A stretch of 60,841 nt of DNA, filler included. It is 4 parts of 4 records of this genome, joined end to end, with 100 filler letters (N's around TTAATTAATTAA, not from the genome) between each part and the next. Parts side by side here need not be neighbours in the genome. Positions count along the whole stretch, not along the records: positions 16,988 to 48,488 come from DRR723986_17202; 3 more parts are not named here. One strand, written 5' to 3'. Numbering within the stretch: position 1 is the first letter of the stretch; every line of letters starts with the position of its first letter. This document shows positions 29,432 through 39,624 of this stretch, one piece after another. The notes under the pieces are model-generated. The model saw only the letters and a list, made by a program, of their open reading frames with translations, had not been told where the DNA came from and made no database searches. Made by a program: the position numbers and the translations under genes.

Positions 29432-31570
29432 TTGAGGGTAAGTCGTTTTAGCTGGGGATACGGCGTGTACAAAGCTCATACATGGCTTAATAGAATGGTT
29501 ATGCAGACAGTATTCTCTGTTGCCCTCATATTGGCATATACAGTTGGTGCCTCAGCCGATCTGGGCCGTGTCGATGTTAGCCACAGCAGTGCTACTTTGC
29601 ATGCAGAACATACGGTTGCTGAAGCTGGCGAAATAATATGGCTTGGCCTTGAGTTAGCACCAAACCCTGGTTGGCATTCCTATTGGAAAAATTACGGTGA
29701 CAGCGGCGCAGCACCTTTATTTTACTGGACACTGCCAGACGGTGTAACTGCCGGAGAGCCGCTATATCCAACGCCTCACCGCATGCCCATAGGCCCATTA
29801 ATGAACTATGGCTATGAAGAGCCTTCTGTTCTGTTGATTCCCCTGTCTATCGCCGATAATTATGAAGGCCAAAGCCTTCCGATTAGCCTTGAAGTGGAAT
29901 GGTTGGTTTGTGAAATCGAATGTGTACCTCAAGTTGGCAAATGGAATGCAGAAATTCCTGTTGGGCAATTAAAATATGATGATGCTGCAAAAGAGATTTT
30001 CCGGAATGCGAGAACCGCGCTACCGGAAATGGCGATTTGGGCTGCTGATTTAACGCTCTATCCCGCTCAGTCACGCCTAAAAATTTATGCGAGCGAAACG
30101 GAAGTGTCAGGCATTACAGATGCTTATTTCTTCCCCGCAAGTGACGGCGTAACTCAATATGCTGCACCGCAGCAATGGTCGCTTACTAGCGATGGTCTAT
30201 TTGTTGATATGAAACGCCTTGAGGGCGGCATTGACGCTTTGAGTGGTAACGGTGTGCTCGTTATCTCATACGACGATCAATCCACCCGTGCGATTGAAGT
30301 TGAAGCGGACTTGATCATAGAAACAGCGATTGCTGGAGGCTCTAGTTCTGCGCCAAGCGTGAAAGCTTCTCTGCCCTTGTGGCAAGCGCTTGTGTTTGCT
30401 TTGCTTGGCGGCATGGTTTTGAACTTAATGCCATGTGTGTTTCCGGTGCTGTCTTTGAAGGCTTTTTCATTTATTGCAGCCAACAGCAAAACAGAATCTG
30501 GACGAAAACAAGAAGGCTGGGCCTATACCGCCGGCATATGGATCAGTTTCATGATTATTGTTGGCATTTTGCTGATCATTAAATCTGGTGGTGCTGCAAT
30601 TGGGTGGGGTTTTCAGCTTCAAGAGCCCGCATTCGTTGGTTCATTGGTATTGTTGATGGTGCTGGTTGCTCTGTCTTTGTCTGGCATGTTCAATATAACA
30701 GTTGGTATCGAGGGTGCAGGGCAGGGCCTTGCATCAAAAGAAGGCAACACAGGTGCATTTTTTCAAGGCGTGCTGGCAGCACTGGTTGCAACACCTTGTA
30801 CCGCACCACTAATGGCCCCTGCAATTGGGTACGCTTTAACGCAACCTGCGCCTATTGTTTTTCTAATTTTCAGCATGTTGGCTTTTGGCTTGGCCCTGCC
30901 ATTCCTTGCTTTGTCATATAGCCCCGCGCTTGCCAGGCTAATGCCCAGGCCCGGAATGTGGATGGAAAAGCTAAAAGAAGCCTTGGCATTCCCCATGTAT
31001 TTAACAGCTGCATGGTTGTTATATGTTTTCAATTTACAGGCGGGTGCAACTGCAACGCTTGCTCTATTGGTAGCTCTCATTGTTGCTATCTTCGGCGTGT
31101 GGGTTTGGCAGTCTTTTAATGGACGTGTGCCTAAGGGCCTTGCCGTCCTATTAATGGTTGGAGCTGTTGTGGGGATAATATATCAGCCATTCAGTAGCCC
31201 TGCTGGCACTACCTCTGAAAGCAGCGGTGAAATCCAAGCATACAGTGAAGAAAACCTTGCAGCCTTGCTTGGTGAAGGGGAAACTGTTTTTGCCTATTTC
31301 ACGGCAGAGTGGTGCATTACCTGTAAAGTGAACGAGCAGGTTGCGCTTTTTACAGATGAAACGCAGGCATTGATGGCAACTAAGGGCATTAAGTTGATGA
31401 AAGGTGATTGGACCAACCGAAATGAAGAAATAGCGGGTTTGCTGGCTGATTACGGCCGGGCAGGTGTTCCTTTATATTTGTTGTTTCCGAAGGGGCAATC
31501 AGAGGCGATTATTTTGCCGGAAATCCTAACACCGGGCATTATTGCTGATGCGATCAATGGCATTGAATGA
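29432..31570 (+). CDS. DsbD-family thiol:disulfide interchange protein
   Basis: WHSYWKN.GDSG, CEIEC, NLMPCVFPVL, ATPCTAP, C-terminal WCITC thioredoxin. Confidence 0.9.
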   Translation: MRVSRFSWGYGVYKAHTWLNRMVMQTVFSVALILAYTVGASADLGRVDVSHSSATLHAEHTVAEAGEIIWLGLELAPNPGWHSYWKNYGDSGAAPLFYWTLPDGVTAGEPLYPTPHRMPIGPLMNYGYEEPSVLLIPLSIADNYEGQSLPISLEVEWLVCEIECVPQVGKWNAEIPVGQLKYDDAAKEIFRNARTALPEMAIWAADLTLYPAQSRLKIYASETEVSGITDAYFFPASDGVTQYAAPQQWSLTSDGLFVDMKRLEGGIDALSGNGVLVISYDDQSTRAIEVEADLIIETAIAGGSSSAPSVKASLPLWQALVFALLGGMVLNLMPCVFPVLSLKAFSFIAANSKTESGRKQEGWAYTAGIWISFMIIVGILLIIKSGGAAIGWGFQLQEPAFVGSLVLLMVLVALSLSGMFNITVGIEGAGQGLASKEGNTGAFFQGVLAALVATPCTAPLMAPAIGYALTQPAPIVFLIFSMLAFGLALPFLALSYSPALARLMPRPGMWMEKLKEALAFPMYLTAAWLLYVFNLQAGATATLALLVALIVAIFGVWVWQSFNGRVPKGLAVLLMVGAVVGIIYQPFSSPAGTTSESSGEIQAYSEENLAALLGEGETVFAYFTAEWCITCKVNEQVALFTDETQALMATKGIKLMKGDWTNRNEEIAGLLADYGRAGVPLYLLFPKGQSEAIILPEILTPGIIADAINGIE

Positions 31571-32214
31571 ATAGGTTGAAAATGCGCAACACTTCATTTT
31601 TGGCAAAAATATTTTCAGTTTTTTTGGTAGTTTTCACATTTGCAATTCCTACAAACGCAGAGCCTGTTAATGGACAGCCCGCGCCAAATTTTACGGGGTT
31701 AACGGCTGAAGGTGAGCATATTAATTTGTCTGACTTTCAAGGTAAGCCTGTTGTTTTGGAATGGACCAATCATCAATGCCCTTATGTTCGAAAGCATTAC
31801 AATAGTGGTAACATGCAAAAAACACAGCGCGCACTTACCGAAGATGGTACCATATGGATATCAATCATATCGTCTGCGCCAGGGGAGCAAGGACATGTTA
31901 CAGCTAGTGAAGCGCAACATCTAACTGTCTCACGGGGGTCATATGCCAATTACGTTGTGTTAGATCCGGAAGGCCTTATTGGCCGAAAATATAGTGCTAA
32001 AACAACGCCGCATATGTTCCTTATCAATGAAAATGGCATTCTTGTATATCAGGGTGCCATTGACGATATTCCATCTGCTTCACAGCGTACTTTAAAGGAC
32101 GCAAAAAATCTGGTCCTTGCTGCATGGTCTGATTTTCAAACAGGTAAAACCATAGAAATTGCGCAAACCAAACCCTATGGCTGTAGTGTTAAATACAGCA
32201 GCACTGATAATTAA
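31567..32214 (+). CDS. Periplasmic redoxin (AhpC/TSA-like)
   Basis: LEWTNHQCPYV, AKTTPHMF, YQGAIDD, PYGCSVKY. Confidence 0.88.
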   Translation: MNRLKMRNTSFLAKIFSVFLVVFTFAIPTNAEPVNGQPAPNFTGLTAEGEHINLSDFQGKPVVLEWTNHQCPYVRKHYNSGNMQKTQRALTEDGTIWISIISSAPGEQGHVTASEAQHLTVSRGSYANYVVLDPEGLIGRKYSAKTTPHMFLINENGILVYQGAIDDIPSASQRTLKDAKNLVLAAWSDFQTGKTIEIAQTKPYGCSVKYSSTDN

Positions 32215-32277
32215 AAGCCACGGTATTGCACCAAGGCTTTTATCTCTTTCTCGCGCTGCATGATTTTCTCATTTGTC

Positions 32278-32292
32278 TTAACAGCTTATTAA
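32278..32292. promoter_or_regulatory. CtrA-like binding box upstream of motA
   Basis: TTAA-CAGCTTA-TTAA (TTAA-N7-TTAA), about 70 nt before the motA start. Confidence 0.65.
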
Positions 32293-32360
32293 GTCTATTC
32301 GCCGACACTTACCCAAGTTTTTAAAAGTCTGTTTTAAATTTACACGGGTTTGCATAGGCA

Positions 32361-33230
32361 ATGTTTTTAATCATTGGACTTATAGTCGTTCTGATCATGG
32401 TGTTTGGTGGGTTTTGGCTTGCTGGTGGTAGTTTTGGTATCATCTTAAAAGCACTGCCTTACGAGTTAATGATTATTTTTGGCGGGTCGCTTGGTGCTTT
32501 TATTAGCGCAAATTCAACTGGCGTCATGGGCGGCGCTTTAAAAGGCTTAGGTAAGGTGATGAAAGGTCCGAAATGGCGGGCTGATGATTACCGCGACATA
32601 TTATGCCTTATGTTTCTTCTTATCAAAACTATACGAACCAAAGGCGTCGTAGCAATCGAGGCACATGTTGAGAACCCCGAAGAATCCAAGATTTTTCAAC
32701 AGTTCCCAAGGCTTGTTGAAGACCATCATGTGATTGAGTTTATCTGCGATTATATTCGTATGCTGACCATGAACTTTGATGACCCCAACCAGATGGAAGA
32801 TGCCATGAATGCTGACCTGGAGCGGCACCATAAAGAAGAGCACGAGCCTCAGCACGCTTTGCAAACTATGGCAGACGGATTGCCTGCGGTTGGAATTGTG
32901 GCTGCGGTGCTTGGTATTGTTAAGACCATGGGTGCGATTGCAGAGCCCGTAGAGGTATTGGGGGGCATGGTAGGCGGTGCGCTTGTTGGTACATTTTTAG
33001 GTATTTTCCTTTCATACCTTATGGTTGCCCCAATTGCAGGAAGACTAGATCAAATTTTATCTGAAGAAGGCCGATTGTTTGAGATTATCAAAGTTGTGCT
33101 TGTTGCACATTTGCAAGGTAATGCACCGCAAATATCTGTTGAACTTGGGCGCAGAAATGTGCCGGGACCATTAATGCCAACATTCATTGAGTTAGAAGAG
33201 GCCATTGCGGAATTGCCGCCGGATATTTAA
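32361..33230 (+). CDS. motA: Flagellar stator protein MotA
   Basis: ADGLPAVGIVAAVLGIVKTM, GGALVGTFLGI, P.ISVE.GR. Confidence 0.93.
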   Translation: MFLIIGLIVVLIMVFGGFWLAGGSFGIILKALPYELMIIFGGSLGAFISANSTGVMGGALKGLGKVMKGPKWRADDYRDILCLMFLLIKTIRTKGVVAIEAHVENPEESKIFQQFPRLVEDHHVIEFICDYIRMLTMNFDDPNQMEDAMNADLERHHKEEHEPQHALQTMADGLPAVGIVAAVLGIVKTMGAIAEPVEVLGGMVGGALVGTFLGIFLSYLMVAPIAGRLDQILSEEGRLFEIIKVVLVAHLQGNAPQISVELGRRNVPGPLMPTFIELEEAIAELPPDI

Positions 33231-33258
33231 TTTTTTTGGCTTTGCATATATTAATAAT

Positions 33259-33296
33259 AAAAACGCGGCTTATAGTATTATAAGTCGCGTTTTTTT
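33259..33296 (+). terminator. Intrinsic terminator after motA
   Basis: AAAAACGCGGCTTATA-GTAT-TATAAGTCGCGTTTTTTT. Confidence 0.8.
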
Positions 33297-33319
33297 ATGT
33301 TTTCGATTGGGTATTAGAG

Positions 33320-34447
33320 ATGGCTCAAAGCAAAAAAATCAGAGTGGGTATTTTAGGTGCCAGTGGATATACAGGTGCTGATTTGATCCGCCTGTTAGTT
33401 GCTCACCCAAACGTTGAAATTGTATTGATGACTGCAGAGCGCAAGGCCGGGCAGTCTATAGACAGTGTTTTTCCGCAATTGGGTGGTTACGGCCTACCTG
33501 ATCTAATAAGTATTGACGATGTGGAATGGCCTGCGGTTGCGCTGGACGTTGTTTTTTGTGCGTTGCCCCATGCTACCAGCCAGCAAGTTATTTCAGGTTT
33601 AATGCACGATACAGGTCATAGCATTCTTAATGAGCTTATTGCGGAAACCCCTGCTGAGCTTGCTTCACAAGTTTCTGACGAAGTGCGAGTAATAGACCTT
33701 TCTGCTGACTTTCGGTTAAGGGATGTAAACACATATGCTGACTGGTATGGTCTTAGTCACACAGCAACAGAGCTTCAAACTAAAGCCGTTTATGGCTTAA
33801 CCGAATGGAATCGCGGGGCTATACGAAGTGCACATTTAGTGGCATGTCCCGGATGTTATCCAACCGCAGCATTGTTGGCTTTGCTGCCTCTGTTAAAGGA
33901 CAGCGTAATTTTAAGCGATGATATTATTATCGATGCAAAATCAGGTGTGTCGGGGGCAGGGCGCTCGCTGAAGGAAGCAAACCTATATGTTGAGGTAGCC
34001 GAGGCCATGCATCCATATGGGCTTGGAGCGCACCGACATATGCCTGAGATTGAGCAGGAATTGTCTTTAGTGGCCGGTGAAAATGTAATCATTAGCTTTA
34101 CACCGCACCTTGTACCTATGAATCGGGGCGAACTTGAAACCATTTATATAAAAATGGCTGAGGGGCAAGATGTTGCTACTTTGAAAGCATCTCTTGTGCG
34201 TGCCTATGCGGATGAACCTTTTGTTACGGTTCTAAAAGGCGATGTCGCGCCTGCAACGCGCATGGTACGTGGTTCTAACCAGTGCGTGTTAAATGTATTT
34301 GAAGATCGACAGCCCGGACGCGCTATTATAGTGGCCGCCATAGATAACTTGGTGAAAGGCTCATCAGGGCAGGCGGTGCAAAACATGAATGTAATGCTTG
34401 GCCTTGAAGAAACGACTGGCTTGATGCAAGCACCTTTGTTCCCCTAA
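33320..34447 (+). CDS. argC: N-acetyl-gamma-glutamyl-phosphate reductase
   Basis: GASGYTG, DLSADFRL, PGCYPT, SGVSGAGR, DNLVKGSSGQAVQN. Confidence 0.96.
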   Translation: MAQSKKIRVGILGASGYTGADLIRLLVAHPNVEIVLMTAERKAGQSIDSVFPQLGGYGLPDLISIDDVEWPAVALDVVFCALPHATSQQVISGLMHDTGHSILNELIAETPAELASQVSDEVRVIDLSADFRLRDVNTYADWYGLSHTATELQTKAVYGLTEWNRGAIRSAHLVACPGCYPTAALLALLPLLKDSVILSDDIIIDAKSGVSGAGRSLKEANLYVEVAEAMHPYGLGAHRHMPEIEQELSLVAGENVIISFTPHLVPMNRGELETIYIKMAEGQDVATLKASLVRAYADEPFVTVLKGDVAPATRMVRGSNQCVLNVFEDRQPGRAIIVAAIDNLVKGSSGQAVQNMNVMLGLEETTGLMQAPLFP

Positions 34448-34463
34448 TAGGCTTATTGACGTT

Positions 34464-35078
34464 ATGAATAATTTTCCGTTGTCAAAAACAACAAAGCATG
34501 GCGGTACGGTGACGCCGTTTCAGAAAATCTGGCCCACGGTACCCGATAGCGCCTTTGTTTTTCACGGCGCGCAATTGGTTGGCTCGGTTACGTTAGGTGA
34601 GGGCGTTAGCATTTGGCATAATTGTGTGCTGCGCGGTGATGTAAATCATATTGTCATTGGAAACCGGTCTAACATTCAAGACGGCACGATGATTCATGTG
34701 AGCACCCGCACATACCCAACGACCATTGGCGATGATGTTTTGGTTGCGCATAAAGCCATGCTTCACGGTTGTAGCCTTGAGAGTAACAGTTTCGTTGGTA
34801 TGTGCGGTATTGTCATGGATAATGCGGTGATTGAACCAGATGGCATGTTAGCAGCCGGCGGCATGCTAACGCCAGGTAAAACCATTAAGCGCGGTGAGTT
34901 ATGGGCTGGTAGCCCGGCAAAGTTTGTTCGTTTCGTTAAAGATAGTGAACTTGAGAAAAATCGTAGTATGGCCGAACATTATAGATTGTTGGCTGTGCAA
35001 CACGACCTTGATAGTCGGGGTGAAATTACTGACACCGTTTATCCTTTTCCATTGTCGAAATACCAGACATCAGACTAA
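34464..35078 (+). CDS. Gamma carbonic anhydrase family protein
   Basis: Hexapeptide repeats, LRGDVN, NIQDGTMIH, H..MLHGC. Confidence 0.9.
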   Translation: MNNFPLSKTTKHGGTVTPFQKIWPTVPDSAFVFHGAQLVGSVTLGEGVSIWHNCVLRGDVNHIVIGNRSNIQDGTMIHVSTRTYPTTIGDDVLVAHKAMLHGCSLESNSFVGMCGIVMDNAVIEPDGMLAAGGMLTPGKTIKRGELWAGSPAKFVRFVKDSELEKNRSMAEHYRLLAVQHDLDSRGEITDTVYPFPLSKYQTSD

Positions 35079-35164
35079 ATTTTACATGTAAATACTTGAA
35101 AAACAGCAGTGGACTACCACCTGTTGTGCTGAACCCTACCTGTTCACAAACTCAAGGATTTGTT

Positions 35165-35764
35165 ATGACTTTTCAATTACCGGACCTGCCATACGCGCAG
35201 GACGGTTTGGCTCCATTTATATCATCAGATACTATCTCTTATCATTATGGCAAGCACCATAACGGCTATGTCAGCAAATTAAATGCGGCAATTGAGGGAA
35301 CAGATCTGACGGATTTATCATTGGAAGAGATTATACGCCGTTCTGCTGATGACCCAGAGAAAGTTGGCATTTTTAATAATGCAGCCCAAGTGTGGAATCA
35401 TACATTTTACTGGAATTCTATGAAACCAGCGGGCGGCGGGAAGCCACGTGGTAACCTTGCAGAGCAAATCACTGCTGACTTTGGTGGTTATGATGTATGT
35501 ATTGCTGAATTTAAAAAAGCCGCTTCAACGCAATTTGGCTCGGGGTGGGCATGGCTTGTATTTGATGGAGAGCGTCTATCTGTGATTAACACCGGTAACG
35601 CCGAAACCCCGATTGTTGAAGGTTATACACCGCTTTTGACCATCGATGTATGGGAGCATGCTTATTACCTGGATTACCAAAATAAGCGCCCTGATTATAT
35701 CAATGCTTATTTTGAGCATCTGGTGAACTGGCAGTTTGCGGAAGAGAATTTTCAGAGAAGATAA
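35165..35764 (+). CDS. sodB: Fe superoxide dismutase
   Basis: HYGKHH, FNNAAQVWNH (Fe-type), DVWEHAYY; ATG at 35165. Confidence 0.95.
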   Translation: MTFQLPDLPYAQDGLAPFISSDTISYHYGKHHNGYVSKLNAAIEGTDLTDLSLEEIIRRSADDPEKVGIFNNAAQVWNHTFYWNSMKPAGGGKPRGNLAEQITADFGGYDVCIAEFKKAASTQFGSGWAWLVFDGERLSVINTGNAETPIVEGYTPLLTIDVWEHAYYLDYQNKRPDYINAYFEHLVNWQFAEENFQRR

Positions 35765-35765
35765 C

Positions 35766-35796
35766 AAAAAAGGGCCGGTTAACCGGCCCTTTTTTT
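35766..35796. terminator. Bidirectional intrinsic terminator
   Basis: Perfect palindrome AAAAAAGGGCCGGTTAACCGGCCCTTTTTT between convergent genes. Confidence 0.9.
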
Positions 35797-35816
35797 ATCA
35801 CTATTTAAGCACAGGC

Positions 35817-36389
35817 TTACATGCCCATTTCTGCGCCAACCATGCAGTAAAGCATTGGGATGGACAGGAGGGTATTTGTGCGACTAAACAGCATGGCCTT
35901 GCGTGCAGCAGCAGGCTTCGCATCTGCATCAGCTTCAACAATGCCCAGCGCAATTTTCTGGTTTGGCCAGATAACGAACCAAACATTGAACCACATAATG
36001 ATAGCCATCCACATACCAATACCAATCAAGCGCGTACCTTCACGGATAGTTAAGGCGTCAACAAGATAATTGCTCAAGTAGGCTACAGCCAAGCCACTCA
36101 CCAATGTGAACATGGCACCCCAGCGGAACCACCACAAAGCTTTTGGCGCAATATGCTTACCGATAGCTGGTTTCATTTCGTCTGGAATAGATGGCATTGT
36201 TGGTATTTGTACAAAATTGAAATACCACAATAGGCCAATCCACATCACACCTGACACAACGTGAATATAACGCGCGATATAACCAATGTCATACGTGCCT
36301 GTTGCCTGGCCAACCAAAGCCAGCAGAATTAGCATCAGTACAAAACCAGCAATAACTGTATTGTTAATTGATTCTAGAATTTTACTCAT
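35817..36389 (-). CDS. PuuD/urate-oxidase N-terminal-like membrane protein (no cytochrome c domain)
   Basis: RYIHVVSGVMWIGLLWYFN, WWFRW, NVWFVIWPNQK, SRTNTLLSIPML. Confidence 0.8.
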   Translation of the reverse strand: MSKILESINNTVIAGFVLMLILLALVGQATGTYDIGYIARYIHVVSGVMWIGLLWYFNFVQIPTMPSIPDEMKPAIGKHIAPKALWWFRWGAMFTLVSGLAVAYLSNYLVDALTIREGTRLIGIGMWMAIIMWFNVWFVIWPNQKIALGIVEADADAKPAAARKAMLFSRTNTLLSIPMLYCMVGAEMGM

Positions 36390-36589
36390 AGTTAGGTCCC
36401 CTAGATACTCTGTAATAAACTCAGCCGCGACATTACTGGCGTTATTTCAATATCACAAGCAAAACCGGACTTTTTGAAAGTGAAAATTCACTAATTAAAG
36501 GCGCCTTCATTACTAATAATATGTGGCGTTATTAACCCGGATATATCATACAATAAGTTGAATTTTACATGACTTGAAGAGAAACATCT

Positions 36590-37429
36590 GTGACGGAGTT
36601 AGAGAAAAATATAACTTTTTGCCGGGATATGGTGCAACAGGATGACCGTGCGCGTTATGAAACGGTTTTGTTTGCCCCGCGATCACAACAAGCATCCTTA
36701 TGGGCCTTGTATGCTTTCAATCAGGAAGTGGCTAAAACCCGAGAAAATGTTACTGAGGCAGCTTTGGGCGAAATCAGGTTGCAGTGGTGGCGAGATGTTG
36801 TTGAGGAACTACGCTCTGGCAATGTGCGTGAGCACCCTGTTGTAGCGGCTCTTGCAGAAATTAACCCCTCTGAGCCGGTGTTTAAGTTGATGGATAACTT
36901 AATTGATGCCAGAGGGCGTGATTTATACGACGAAGGTCCTGCAGATCAGACCGCATTAGAAGATTATGCTGATTCTGTAGGGGGCACATTATGCGAGGCC
37001 GCATTTAGGTTGTGTTATAATGATGAACCAACGAATCAGCACATAAACCTGCTGAGGAAATGCGGTAGTGCTTGGGCTATGTTAGGGTTGGTAAGAGCTA
37101 TTCCATTCCATTGGGCCAGTAACCGCAATTATGTGCCAGGTGATAAGGGCAAGGCCTCTTTGGCGACGACCGACGCTGAAAAAATGTACGCTCTAGCAAA
37201 AGACTCAATTGATCAGATGATCAGTTTCTCTATTGCGCAGCTTGCTGAAATGAAAAGTACATCAAGCTCATTACCAAAAAACAGTCAGCATCTGTTACTA
37301 CTTAATGTGCAGCTAGAGTTATACATTGCTGCGCTAGACCGGGCAGGGAATAACCCATTCAAAGTAAAAGAACCATCTACCTTAAGGCGCTTGTTAAAGC
37401 TAATGAAGGCGACCGTTTTGGGGCATTAG
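36590..37429 (+). CDS. Squalene/phytoene synthase family protein (NDUFAF6-like)
   Basis: ALYAFNQEVA, GEIRLQWWRD, HPVV.AL; lacks canonical DDxxD motifs. Confidence 0.85.
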   Translation: MTELEKNITFCRDMVQQDDRARYETVLFAPRSQQASLWALYAFNQEVAKTRENVTEAALGEIRLQWWRDVVEELRSGNVREHPVVAALAEINPSEPVFKLMDNLIDARGRDLYDEGPADQTALEDYADSVGGTLCEAAFRLCYNDEPTNQHINLLRKCGSAWAMLGLVRAIPFHWASNRNYVPGDKGKASLATTDAEKMYALAKDSIDQMISFSIAQLAEMKSTSSSLPKNSQHLLLLNVQLELYIAALDRAGNNPFKVKEPSTLRRLLKLMKATVLGH

Positions 37430-37495
37430 TGACTATATATGTATATTTAATTCTTATGTCTTAAGTATTGGCCAAACGCTATAAGCGCATTACAT

Positions 37496-37678
37496 TTAGG
37501 CTTGGACGTCAACCTTTTCACCAACACCACGACCCGTGGAGGATGGTTCGGCTTCTTTGCGCTCTACACTGCTATCTTCAGCAGCTTTTCGTTCTTGTGC
37601 TGCTGACTCTATCGACCCTGACCGACCTGAATTGCTAACTGATTCTGCGCTAGCTGCTGTAGTGCTTTGAATATCCAT
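37496..37678 (-). CDS. Small protein, YjfB/motility-protein-like C-terminus
   Basis: GGAG SD upstream; C-terminal GRGVGEKVDVQA. Confidence 0.55.
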   Translation of the reverse strand: MDIQSTTAASAESVSNSGRSGSIESAAQERKAAEDSSVERKEAEPSSTGRGVGEKVDVQA

Positions 37679-37844
37679 TTTTAATCTCCAACTAAATGCG
37701 AATATAGATCACACAATCTCTTTCACTAATTGCAAGTATATTCAAAAAAAGGGTAGCCTTCTATTAGATACGGCTTTTTCCTTTGTTTTTCATGGGGTTC
37801 CGGCAATAATTGCCTAGTAGACACCGCTTTTTTGGCAAATTTTT

Positions 37845-38723
37845 ATGTATAAATTACCTAAAATTTTATCGTTTCGAATCAATTTGTTGATCTTTTCATT
37901 GTCTCTAATTGGCTGTGCAGCCTCTGGAGACAAGCGTGCAACGGAAGATATCGGGCCTGTAACTGCATATGCGCGCAATAATTTGGCACAGCAAAACCCT
38001 GCAGGTCTTATTCGTATTGGTGAGGGGTTTGAGCGCGCGGGCGACTTCGTTGGCGCCCGCAAGCTATATGGCCAGGCAAAAGCGGCAGACCCCAGCTTAC
38101 AAGAAGCTGAAATTGCTTATGCACGTGTGAGCGGCAAACTTGGGCTGACAGATGAAGCATCTGCCATTTTAACGCTATTACTGACAAAATCACCAAACAA
38201 TCGAATGGCTAAAGTAACTTTGGCGGAGATTCATGCCACAGCAACTCGCTACGATTCAGCACTGCGCGTTCTGGAAACGCTTAACAACCCAACGGCAAAA
38301 GAATTAATGCTTATGGGCAAGTTGTCTCATGTTTCAGGAGATGCAAACAAAGGCAAAGCGCTATTAACACAAGCTTTAGATCGTGCGCCCACTGATGCCT
38401 CAATACTTGAGGCAACGGCAATGTCATTTGCATTGGCGGAAGATTATCCGGCGGCAGTGGGCTTGCTACGCCGTGCCATGGACCAGCGATCTGCGGCAAA
38501 AGCAGCCCAAAAAAGCCTTGCCATGATTTATGCCTTGTCTGGTCAACGTCAAGCTGCACTTCGATTAGCGCGAGATGTTATGGCTGTTGAAGAAGTTCAA
38601 AGGCTGGAAGCTTTTTATCAGTTTTTGCCCAGGTTTTCTAAGCAAGAACAAGCCGCTGCTTTATTTTTCAATCGTGTTCCTACTGATACGCTGAACAGAT
38701 TATCAGGCGATGCGACGAATTGA
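37845..38723 (+). CDS. TPR lipoprotein (TadD-like)
   Basis: Lipobox LIGC; Ala/Leu-rich TPR helices; LAMIYALSG. Confidence 0.7.
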   Translation: MYKLPKILSFRINLLIFSLSLIGCAASGDKRATEDIGPVTAYARNNLAQQNPAGLIRIGEGFERAGDFVGARKLYGQAKAADPSLQEAEIAYARVSGKLGLTDEASAILTLLLTKSPNNRMAKVTLAEIHATATRYDSALRVLETLNNPTAKELMLMGKLSHVSGDANKGKALLTQALDRAPTDASILEATAMSFALAEDYPAAVGLLRRAMDQRSAAKAAQKSLAMIYALSGQRQAALRLARDVMAVEEVQRLEAFYQFLPRFSKQEQAAALFFNRVPTDTLNRLSGDATN

Positions 38724-38799
38724 CTCTTGATCACGCTGTACCGGCAGTCTAAGCAGACCATAGTAAATGCTTTGCCTCAACTTTAGTTGGAATTGGTTT

Positions 38800-39111
38800 T
38801 TGAAAACTTGCAAAAACATGGACGAATTACGTGCTGAAATTGACCGGGTTGACCGTTTGATTGTCCCGCTGTTGATTGAACGTATTGCGTTGATTGCTCA
38901 AGCTGGCCATATAAAAACTGACCGCGATTCTGTGCGCGATAATTGGCGTGTTGAAGATGTCGTATCAAAAGCCAGAGCAGAAGCAATGAAATTGGGCGGC
39001 GATGCGGATTACATTGAAATTATTTACCGCCATTTAATTGAATATAGCATCAACCATGAATTTGATGTCTGGGATGATGTTTACGGCACGGACGCCAAGC
39101 GCAAAGCCTAA
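38800..39111 (+). CDS. Chorismate mutase type II / isochorismate-pyruvate lyase family
   Basis: MDELRAEIDRVD..ER..AGHIK..VRD..RVEDV; start uncertain. Confidence 0.82.
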   Translation: MKTCKNMDELRAEIDRVDRLIVPLLIERIALIAQAGHIKTDRDSVRDNWRVEDVVSKARAEAMKLGGDADYIEIIYRHLIEYSINHEFDVWDDVYGTDAKRKA

Positions 39112-39124
39112 TTGTAGCTTAGTT

Positions 39125-39451
39125 TTATTTTGAGCACTGCAAACAAAGGGCAACAGTTGGGTCTAGCTCTAGTCTTTTGAGTGAAATTTCATCGCCGCAT
39201 TTCAAACAATATCCGAATTCATCTTCCGTCAAACGCTCAAGTGCAGCTTCAACAGCCAATAATTTATTGTTTCTGCGTGCCGCTATCGCATTATTCATGG
39301 CCTGGCCTTGCATGGCATCTATTCGGGAAAGCCTGCCCACACGAGATTGATCTAATTCAACCGTTTCGCGACTGCTTGAAGAATCTTGGTTTAACGCCTC
39401 AAGTTCGCGTCTAAGGTCTTGCAGTAATGTTTCCCAGTGTGGTTTGGTCAT
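39125..39451 (-). CDS. TraR/DksA C4 zinc-finger protein
   Basis: GRLSRIDAMQ, FGYCLKCG..RL..P..LCLQC. Confidence 0.88.
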   Translation of the reverse strand: MTKPHWETLLQDLRRELEALNQDSSSSRETVELDQSRVGRLSRIDAMQGQAMNNAIAARRNNKLLAVEAALERLTEDEFGYCLKCGDEISLKRLELDPTVALCLQCSK

Positions 39452-39533
39452 ACATACAGTGTGTCATGGTAACGGTGTGTGTGGCAATCTATTCTCTGTT
39501 CTATCATCTAATACTGCATGTGATGGGCGCATG

Positions 39534-39574
39534 AAAAAAAACAGCCGTACCAATTTTAACATCGGAAACGGCTG
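39534..39574 (-). terminator. Probable terminator of glnK-amtB
   Basis: Minus strand CAGCCGT..ACGGCTG followed by a T-run. Confidence 0.55.
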
Positions 39575-39624
39575 CAAGGTTGGGAAGAGAAGACCCATGG
39601 GCCTCTCCAGTTAGTAGCTGTAGG

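Noticed and set aside
36590-37429. Squalene/phytoene-synthase-family gene as substrate supplier for the cyclase at 1265-3247
   Set aside because: It lies on a different contig and organism, and it is the NDUFAF6-like type lacking DDxxD motifs.
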